Assembly: GCA_043228905.1 (NCBI GenBank)
Contig: JBHGNT010000741.1
Coordinates: 1-16,524, forward strand
Origin: Azolla caroliniana
Lineage: Eukaryota; Plantae; Polypodiophyta
Reading direction: 5' to 3'
Length of the DNA stretch: 16,524 bases
This document shows positions 8,111-16,524 of the stretch, in pieces. A program made the position numbers and the translations under genes. Within the stretch, counting starts at the first letter, position 1; each line of letters begins with the position of its first letter. The notes under the pieces were generated by a model, which saw nothing but the letters and a program-made list of their open reading frames with translations, was not told the DNA's origin and ran no database searches.

Positions 8111-9095
8111 TTATATTGGCATGGAAAAGAGAAGCTAAAGTCTCAGTTCAATTATGTATTTTGATTGGGGGTTGTACATTTGGAAGATGTGGTTGATAAT
8201 GAATCTCAAGGTTGTTGGAATTTGAAAATGCCAAACAATGGTTATGTATTCCCCCAAATTATGGATTTATTTGGGAGAAATTACAAGATATACCATTGTT
8301 GCATGGAACTTTGCCATCGAAAACAAATGTTGTACCCTAGGTGGACTCACGATTACAGGATGATATGTGTTTTGTTCCAAGTCACTAAAAACATTTTGTA
8401 TCATCATGCAATGGCATGATATTATCTTGGTTATATCCTAAAGCAGGTGTGGAATCTATGTAAGTCGAATGCAAGGTGGCAACAAATATTACAACATGGT
8501 TGACATTTCCATTTGCCATTTCATGCAAAGATATTCACATGGAGAGTCATGATTGGTGGGCTCCCATTTGGTTTAGCCTTAAAGAGATGAGGACCAGGGT
8601 CAAGCATGTGCTTCTTTTGCATCATTCCATTGGAGGACAATACACATAGGTTCATTGAATGTCCTATAGCATGCATCGTTTGGAAGTATTTATTAAACAT
8701 TTAGCAAGTTTTAACCTGTTGTTATTTGAGGCCTCAACAATGGGTTTTTTCTTAGCATGTTCAAAATGGTCCAAATAACAAGATGGAGATATTGTTCCAA
8801 TTTTTACGATATTGGGGACTACAATACAATTGGAATATGTGTAATGCTTTTATATTTCATAGTAGACATAGGGTGAAAGTTATATGAAGTAGTTGGAGGG
8901 TATTCTTATGTGGAATTTCTAGATATTACATCATGTGAGGATTATTTATTCAAATGCATATTAAGGTTTTCTAGTGGCGTTACAAGAAGCCCTTCTCCTT
9001 ACATAGGATAAGATAGGTAGGTAGAGGAGATTAAGAAGTGTTGTAACAAGTGGATTTTACATACATTAATGTAATTGTGTGCTTTTACCTAAAAA
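8111..9095 (+). pseudogene. Decayed 3' fragment of an L1-clade LINE ORF2 (zf-RVT/CCHC region)
   Basis: My translation from 8522 gives HAKIFTWRVMIGGLPFG..*..MCFFCIIPLEDNTHRFIECPIACIVW. A later stretch gives FLRYWGLQYNWNMCNAFIF, matching the L1 W..RN..IF motif. Multiple stops; boundaries approximate. Confidence 0.8.
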
Positions 9096-9100
9096 TAAGA

Positions 9101-10465
9101 GATAGATAGATTCTATTATCGTCTTTGGTGATGATATATAGATAGATAGATTCGAGGTTCAAGAACTTTAGTGATGAATGTTGCAATTGAGAGTGCACAT
9201 TGTGCTATCTGAGAAATTCGTACAAGGATTGGGCTTGGTCGAAGATGTGTGGAAAACATGGTCGAATATGATCAAAGGTTGAGCATTGTATTAAAGTGTG
9301 TACTCAAACTCTTGAACTTGTTTGAGGCAAAGTGTGCATAGTCGACCACTCTCATCACTTGTACCCCAATGCCCTGTCTCACATCACAATGCATGTGAGT
9401 TAAGTAGCATGGAAGTAGTGGTTTGAATGATAGATAATGGGATGGGATCTAACATGTATCAATGTGTACGGTTTCCCCATTCTATGAAGAATATGGTTTT
9501 GTACTTATGTGCAATATGTGTAGTATAATGTGTGAAGTGTGAGCCTCCACACTTGTCCCATGTCATGGTACATTGGCATTGCAAAAAGGCCTCATTTGCA
9601 GAGGAATATAGTGATGCAACATGAAGCAAGTGTGTTGCATCCTATCTACCAAACCATTTTTCCATATCTTGCATCCAACCGAAACACAAAAATTTGCTTT
9701 CATTGGTCATTCAGATCTTTTTACTTGCTTCCCATGCAATTATAGCAAGTCAATGTGAGGGACTTTTTTGAACCTTAAGCATGTATTCAACAACCCTTTC
9801 CATGGCCATGATCACAACGGGAAGTGATCCCGTCTCGAGGAGGGTGTATGACATTTTTTTTAAACTTGTAGAAACTTTGTAAAAAATGTATTTGGACATT
9901 TTCAAACTCTTTCTAAGTAGATTTAGGGATGCGACCGCCCCATACTTCCACCCCATAGAGAACCACTGATACCACCAAAGTGTTGAAAATGTATTTTTTC
10001 AAGACCCACCACTTAATATCTCCATGATTGCCTGTGTTCTCAAATGCATAATATGCTCTCTTTCCCGCCTCTAAGCAACGCGTAGCACATTCATTCCATC
10101 TATAATTTGACAGAACTTCATGGCCAAAATATTTGAAGCTTTCCACACATTCGAGATGCTCATTATTATACAAATGCATGGTTTATTGTTTTGTTTTTGC
10201 TCATCACAAGCATAATTTTTGTTTTAGAGTTGTTGACACTTAATGTAGCATGCATGCAAAAAATTTCCAAGGCCTTCATAAGCTTTTGTGCATTGTCTAA
10301 AGTATTTGCAGAAAGCACTATATTATTTGTATATAACAAAAGCATAATTACTATATTCCCAATGACAACTTTTTCAATGCCTTCTTCCTTTACAAACTTG
10401 ACAACCATTTCTTCCAATTCATCAATTGATAGGTCAAATAGAATTGATGAAAAAAAAAGAGAAAC
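9101..10465 (-). mobile_element. 5'-truncated, decayed RTEX/RTE-like non-LTR retrotransposon
   Basis: RT remnants LLYTNNIVL (degenerate YADD), LSVNNSKTKIM, VESFKYFG and VLYGVEVWG. C-terminal SHAL*CETGHWG...RLCTLC...E.E..(H)TLIQC..FDHIR zinc-knuckle region at about 9400-9260. (TCTA)n-type tail at 9101-9152. Confidence 0.8.
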
Positions 10466-10818
10466 CTGGATGGATTGGTAAGGTTGCCCAATGGAGACCA
10501 AGACGTCATGGGCAACAATTGGCAACGGTTCGGTTCAAGTTTTTTAAAACGGTTCGGTTCGGTTTTTCTTTTTTCCAAAAAAAAAGTACTTCCATTAGTT
10601 AAGGCAATGTACATAGGATAATTTACAACTCATATCTTGCAAGTCATCTTGCATGTCAAAAGAAAACAATATGTGTAGAGGAAACAACAAAAACAACTCC
10701 AAAACACCACATCATTCGATGCGCATAGCATTACCCGAACGCATACTCTCCATGTGAGCCTCATACAACCCGAATTCAGCATAGACATCCTCCATTCACT
10801 TGTCATGGTAGCACCCAT

Positions 10819-13800
10819 CTAGATGTTAGGTACACTCGGAGGGAACAACCATCGTGGTGGTTGATAATTCCACTTCGCTTTACCATCCACCATCTGTAGC
10901 ATCGACGAACTGCTCCATTTCAGAAGGAACCGAGCTCTAGCTTCTTCACTTGCATCAGAGGGTCCTTGAAGACTTTCAAACTCTCCTCGTAACGTAGAAA
11001 TAAGATTAAACTAGATCATCATTAAATTCTCAGTCGGTGGGGTTCGCTTACCTGCGAAAGTCTCCTTGCACCTAGATACCCACACTTGCCAAACCGTAAG
11101 ACCGACCACTAATAACCATATGTCCACGTAGCGTTCATGTAAGAAGAATGAACCTCCTTGCGTTGGTTGTACAGTTCCTTGCATCACCTTTAAAGAAGGA
11201 CTATTTCCATTCCACCCTTGAAACCACGAAGCCAATTCAGTGGCCAACCAAGTGACTGTTGCGCTCAATACATGAACCTCAACCCTGAACCGAGCCAAGA
11301 TTCTTAAGCTCCTCAGCCAAATTTCTTGGGCTTGTGGGCAACACCACAAACAATGTGCGATGTCCTCCAAGCTCGCACTACAGGCCTTGCAACTACTCAT
11401 GCCACGTCTATTCCCAAGCCACTCTCCCGTTGGAACAGCCCGATGGGTGATTAACCAGAAATACACTTTGAACCACTCAAGAAGGGATGAGTTCCATATC
11501 CTGCTCCTGGTTCTATCCACGAAGACTGAATCGACAGCTACATGGGCCCACTTGTTGGCACACTTCTCACAATACCAACCTAACTTTCTCCCCAAGCACG
11601 TGGAGTATTCGAAGAAACCTAATGATTTATCTTGTTCTCCCTTCCACATATATTTAGCGGGATCCCATCCTAAGCACTCAAGAGGCTTGCCTTCAACCAC
11701 GTACAAGATCTAGTCCTCCTCAACCTCTTCGACTAGTGGATTCACCTTCCATTTCTTTCCGTCTCTTGCCACAATTCTAATTGGGTACCAGCATGCACTT
11801 TCATCTATTGATCCCAACTGGACGATCTTCCCATTCTTTCCTAGAACCCTGACATTGATAATTTTTCCGGAATCATCACATTGTCTGGACCATTCACCCT
11901 CTTCCTCATTACCAATAGGAAGCGAGTAGACAACTATATTCACTAGGTCGAGCATCTTTCTGCCATTTCTGACCTTTCCCACGTCTTCATATAATTTTTC
12001 ATGATTACTGCCGGACAACCGCATCCAATCTGCCACTGAGTGAATCCCTAGACAATACAATATAGCCCACGACATATGCTTGCTTTGTCCAAGCATCTTT
12101 CCCTCTGGTGATTGTACGGTCTCGTTCCACAATACGGGTTGGCGCATCCATTCAACACTAGTACTTGGACGATTCCAACTTAGATGCCCACGAAACATAC
12201 TCCATGCCTGCATCAATGACATACAAGTACGATTAGCCAACCGGTTAGATTTCCTCAACTTTAAGTCCATACAAAAAAGCCATGCTTTGTGTGACTTCCA
12301 TTGCCCACCCAATCTAGGACTCCAGAAAATGCTCCTATTATGTATCAATGTTTTCCATAACTCGTTATCAGGTAGCAAGCTCCTTACCAATACCTTACAT
12401 AACAATGCCCGACTCTGCAATCTAGGGTCAATCAATCCTAAAGCCCCCTTACTCTTGGGAAGAACCAACGTAGACCATGATACTTTGGCTACCGCGTTGT
12501 CTTTCCTGATCCCAACCATAGGAATCCCCTAATACACGCTTTAACAGTATGAATAGCTTGCTTGTCAAACATCCACATTGAAACTACATGCCATAACGTA
12601 GACAAGAGCACTTGGTTAGCTACTATGATCCTGCCAGCTAATGATAAGTTCATCCCTGACCAGTTGCGAATGTTGTCACAGATTTTACTTTGAATTTGTT
12701 GCAACTGAATTCCTTTGTCGATATCTACACCAATCCACGTTCCCATATACCTAGTGGCTTCCCCGTTTGCAATCCATTTGAATTCAACATTTGGCTTCCA
12801 AACAGGCTTGGACTCCAAGCTGATCTAGAAACTCTAGGACTTATTCCAATTGATGGAGGCTCCCGATGCTTTGCAAAAGAGATCAATAGCACTCCGTGCC
12901 TGCTCAAGATTCACTTCATTTCCTTGGAGGTATAACATCGTATCGTCTACGAACTCTGAGTCCAGCAAGGACTTCCTTGAGTTAGGGATCGAAAGACCAT
13001 GAAGATTTGCCCCTTGACTATTAAAAAAGGCAGACATTACTTCAGTAATAAAAAGGAATAGAAAGGGGGCAAGAGGACAACCTTGCCTGATGGATTGAGT
13101 TAGAAAGATTCGAGCTCCTTTCCTCCTTGCAATCAACACCTTACTCGAGCCATTCCTATATAAGGCTTAGGCAACACACCTCCATTCCAATGGTAGCTCA
13201 ATGACCTTCATCACTTCTTCTAGGAAAGACCATTACACTCAATCATAGGCTTTCTCGAAGTCCAACATCAAATAGGCTAAGTTTTGATTGGTCTCCCTTG
13301 CCGTTGCAACAACCTCCCAAAACAAAATCACGTTGTCCATAATAGATCGATGCTCCATGAAACCGGTTTGATTGGATTGGATGATATCTCCTAGGAAGGG
13401 CTTGATTCTCTGCACTAGTATGTTAGCAAAATGTTTATAAATTAGATTTAAAATTGTAATGGGCCTCCATTGTTTAATCTCGTGCAACGCAGTCTCCGAT
13501 TTTGGAATCAAGTAGATCAAGCCTTCATTGAAGCTGCTCGACATTCGTCCCGTTCTCCACATCTCTTGCAGTTCAGCTTCCAAGCTTGGAAAAATTTGCT
13601 CCCAAAACTCCTTGAAGAAGGCTTTGGGAAGGCCGTCAGCACCAAGACAAGCCATACTATGTATCTTGTCTAGCCATGCTACAATCTCTTCCTCCTCTAT
13701 GGCTTTTGACAACTGCACTTTAGCTACCTCTCCAATCCTGGTCTTCAAGCATGTAATTACATCATGCATCAGGTTACTTAGAGGGTCGTTTGTCAAGTTG

Positions 13801-15070
13801 GAGCTAAAAGGCCTTTGTAGTAATTAGTTGCAATTTGCAAGATTTCCTCTTGATCAAACGTCATCGAATCATCCTCTCGTTTGAGACTGTGAATATGCGT
13901 TCCTCTCAGTTTTGGAGTCTTGGTAAGAAAAAACTCCCTGTTAACTTTATCTCCCTTGACAGCCCACCATGCTGCCGACTTTCTGAAGAGGAATTGCTCA
14001 CGTTGCTGTCTAACCTCCTGCATCACCCTAGTGGCCTCCTGCATCCTGTCTTTCACCCAAGCACAACATGGGTCCACTTGCGTGAGCTTTTGAGCTGAGA
14101 TGACTGCCTTCCTCAGGCATTGCATACGATATTGACACCTTACCAACTCCTCCCTAGACACTTTCTGAAGAACCAAAGAAGAATTAATAATCTTTTCCTC
14201 CAGTACCTGTACCGGGTCGTGGGCTGATGGGGATGTCATCCAAATGTTATTCATTGCATCCTTAACCTTCTGGATACCAAAAATCTTCGGAGGAATCCTC
14301 AAATTGCTCTCATTCTTCTTCTTATAAATAGGATCGAGAGTCAAGGATACTGGAAGGTGATCCGAATATGTAAAACCAACTAGAATGGATGAGTAGCCAC
14401 TCCATTCCTCTATCCCAGGGCTCACATAGATACGGTCCAATCTAGAGTGACATCCTTCACTCTCTTTCCAACCAAATTGTGAGAACCTTAAGGAATTCAC
14501 CTCAACCGCCATACTAGAATACCATGAATCCCAGATTCCCAACATAGAAATTAAGAAACCCCACACTCTAAGCTCCTCCCCCTGTAGCAAGTTCGAATGA
14601 GCCCCAAGACAATCTTCCATTCTCTCTGTCATGTTAAAATCCCCCGCCACTATCCAATTGTCGAAGGAGGGAATTTTGTTTGCCAGTAGTCTCCAAAATG
14701 AGGTTCTCTCATTGCTAATGTTAGGTGCGTAGACATTCAGCACCCCAAATTTTACATTCCTTCATTCCAGGCAACAGAACATGGCTCTACCTTCGATCAA
14801 TATGCCATGATCCAAGATAGTGATATTCGCTGATTTCCTCACCGAAATACACACTCCACCTCTCCTTTCTAACACGTCGTGAGCAAGAGCCCACCATGTG
14901 TACCAATCCCCTGGCAACGGGTCTTTGAAAAGTTTTGTTCTTTCTTGGCCAAGGTGATGCTCTTGTAAGAGCAAAATATCAATCGTATTACAAAGGCCAT
15001 CAGCTTCCCACTCTCTCCTAAACCAACACTTCTCTAGTGATGTTGTGACCCTCCAAGAACAAATTCTCAT
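10819..15070 (-). pseudogene. LINE ORF2 (APE endonuclease, reverse transcriptase, zf-RVT), disrupted
   Basis: EN: MRICSW, LLQEHH, NVYAPN, GDFN, SRLDRIY, SDHLPV. RT: WRPITILN, QTGFM, LDFEKAYD, IRQGCPLAPFLF, FVDD, RYMG. zf: CKAC...EDIAHCLWCC. C-terminus ...WNYQPPRWLFPPSVPNI* (stop 10821-10819). In-frame stops (e.g. 14762, 13239, 12834, 11710, 11011) and frameshifts near 13795 and 12520. No RNase H seen. Confidence 0.93.
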
Positions 15071-16008
15071 TGACTTGGGTTCACAAAAAAAGCCAAGGGG
15101 AATCTCCCATGCTCGACAAATATGTCTCCATCCCATTCCATACTTATTTTCCATTCTTGATTCTTGGTTACTTCAACACAATGGAAGTGGAACAAACTAG
15201 GCTTCATCCCTAGATCTTGTACCTTCCATATGCAAACCATTGGAACATCTTGAGCAAGTTCCATAAGCTCCCCTTGTATCAGGGAACTCTTCCATAATGT
15301 TTGCAGCCCCACAACCTCATTTTCAGATGTAAGGTACTGGAAACATAATGTTGCCCTGTTACAAAACGACTTCAAGGATGAGTCTTCTCCCCTTTCATCT
15401 TTCAAATCAGGCTCCAAGTAAAAAAAACAACGGGTCTCCGGTCTACCTGAGTTGCTGTTGATGAGGACCATGTCTGCTCTAGTCCACTCGTGCACTCTTC
15501 CCCTTGGATTACCAATGTTCACCACGATCTTGGGTACCTGCATAACTTGCATCCTCAATTCTGGCAACATCACAAACTCAACACCCACAATCGAGAGATT
15601 TCCAACCTCAATTTGTGCGATCATTTTTTGCGATTCAGTATTCCTAATGTCCGCTTCACTTTCCTTGTCCTTCCCTTTCCTGATCCAGGCCTTAACCATT
15701 CTCAGGTCTGATGAAAATCCATTGCCACGACCCCCGGAGGGCTCTACGAGTGTTTTGTGGGTCTCGACTCGCGGTAGTAAATCAAATGGAGTTCCTAAAA
15801 TTATTTCGCCTTCTTGGGGTTCCATTTGTGATAGGATGTCAAATCTATTCGAAATGGAGCCTCCACTTGTAGGTGGGCCAATAAGACCATGGAGGTCAGG
15901 CTTGGCCACTTTCCTCGGCGATGTCTGTCCTTTTTCCCTTACTACTTGCTTCCCATTGTAAACCAGGACCATCTGGCCTGCCGTCCCTGAATTTGGGATA
16001 TTCGGCAA
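15067..16008 (-). CDS. C-terminal part of LINE ORF1 (313 aa open)
   Basis: Directly upstream of ORF2 on the same strand, with its stop overlapping the ORF2 ATG. Contains an SNRFDIL motif typical of the disordered part of L1 ORF1. No RRM/DUF4283 or CCHC knuckle is visible. Confidence 0.65.
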   Translation of the reverse strand: MPNIPNSGTAGQMVLVYNGKQVVREKGQTSPRKVAKPDLHGLIGPPTSGGSISNRFDILSQMEPQEGEIILGTPFDLLPRVETHKTLVEPSGGRGNGFSSDLRMVKAWIRKGKDKESEADIRNTESQKMIAQIEVGNLSIVGVEFVMLPELRMQVMQVPKIVVNIGNPRGRVHEWTRADMVLINSNSGRPETRCFFYLEPDLKDERGEDSSLKSFCNRATLCFQYLTSENEVVGLQTLWKSSLIQGELMELAQDVPMVCIWKVQDLGMKPSLFHFHCVEVTKNQEWKISMEWDGDIFVEHGRFPLAFFVNPSQ

Positions 16009-16430
16009 CTTGATGCCTTGCTGTCCCCTATCCGCTGTCGTGAAGATCCGTCACTACGCGCGGATCGTGAGGCGGAACCGCCGGGGTTCTGGACCAGAAG
16101 GATTTAGAGTCGATACAAGCTTTGGCAAGAAAGTACTTAAGATAGACTGGGAAAGAGAGAAGATGAGATTACACGATTGCTTTGATAACGAATTTCTTCT
16201 TCTTAATTTTCATAAAAAAAAAACCGTGTTTTTCTCCTCCCCCTTCCCTCTTTTATAGATGCTCTCATGCATATGATGCATGTGAGGGTACAAGACATGC
16301 ATAAATTGCATGTTTGCCATTTGGCGCTTAAGTATTACATGTGGTGCATGCTAACCATGTCACTCATTTTAGCTCTCATGGATGAGAATTTACATGTAAA
16401 AGTATAATGATAGAAATATAATTTCAACTA

Positions 16431-16500
16431 AATACCATGGCTTAATGGTAAGCCATTTGACTCCTAACTTGGAGGTGCAAGGTTCGAATCCATACTTGCC
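16431..16500 (+). pseudogene. tRNA-derived sequence (SINE head or tRNA pseudogene, tRNA-Arg(CCT)-like)
   Basis: A-box TGGCTTAATGG (16438-16448) with a GCTT/AAGC D-stem, loop CTCCTAA, and perfect B-box GGTTCGAATCC (16481-16491) at tRNA-like spacing. The acceptor and anticodon stems do not pair. Confidence 0.6.
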
Positions 16501-16524
16501 CTCCTTGTATATGTAAATATGTAT

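Larger units (their letters stand above)
10563..16120 (-). mobile_element. L1/Tx1-like LINE, probably 5'-truncated, pseudogenised
   Basis: Partial ORF1, full ORF2 (EN-RT-zf), about 245-nt 3'UTR and A-rich tail AAAAAAGAAAAA (minus strand, 10574-10563). The 5' boundary is approximate and no TSD was found. Confidence 0.9.

Noticed and set aside
11360-15961. Plus-strand ORFs within the LINE (11360, 12080, 13528, 13835, 15452 etc.)
   Set aside because: Antisense shadows of ORF1/ORF2.
10540-16260. Target-site duplication for the minus-strand L1
   Set aside because: No convincing copy of the 3' flank (GGTTCGGTTCGG) could be found near the 5' end.
16431-16503. Functional tRNA-Arg gene
   Set aside because: Acceptor and anticodon stems cannot pair, and the T-stem is only partial.

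Overview
Eukaryotic, transposon-dense DNA, probably from a land plant. The TE types would fit a non-seed plant such as a moss or fern, but that is inference. No intact conventional host gene is visible. The main feature is a young, apparently autonomous 5114-bp hAT DNA transposon (1451-6564) with perfect 20-bp TIRs, a perfect 8-bp TSD (CATAGAAC) and an uninterrupted ZNF862-like DDE transposase ORF. Its 5' half carries a minus-strand ORF for a Q/G/S/Y-rich, prion-like low-complexity protein, inside an 871-bp segment bracketed by an exact 16-bp direct repeat. The hAT appears to be nested in an older minus-strand CACTA/CMC-like element whose end (CACTC...) is at 8110. To the right lie a decayed + strand L1 3' fragment, a decayed minus-strand RTEX-like LINE, a near-complete but pseudogenised minus-strand L1/Tx1-like LINE (partial ORF1 plus EN-RT-zf ORF2, ATGA stop/start overlap, short A tail) and a tRNA-derived A-box/B-box remnant. 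All family assignments come from motifs recognised by eye; no database searches were run.
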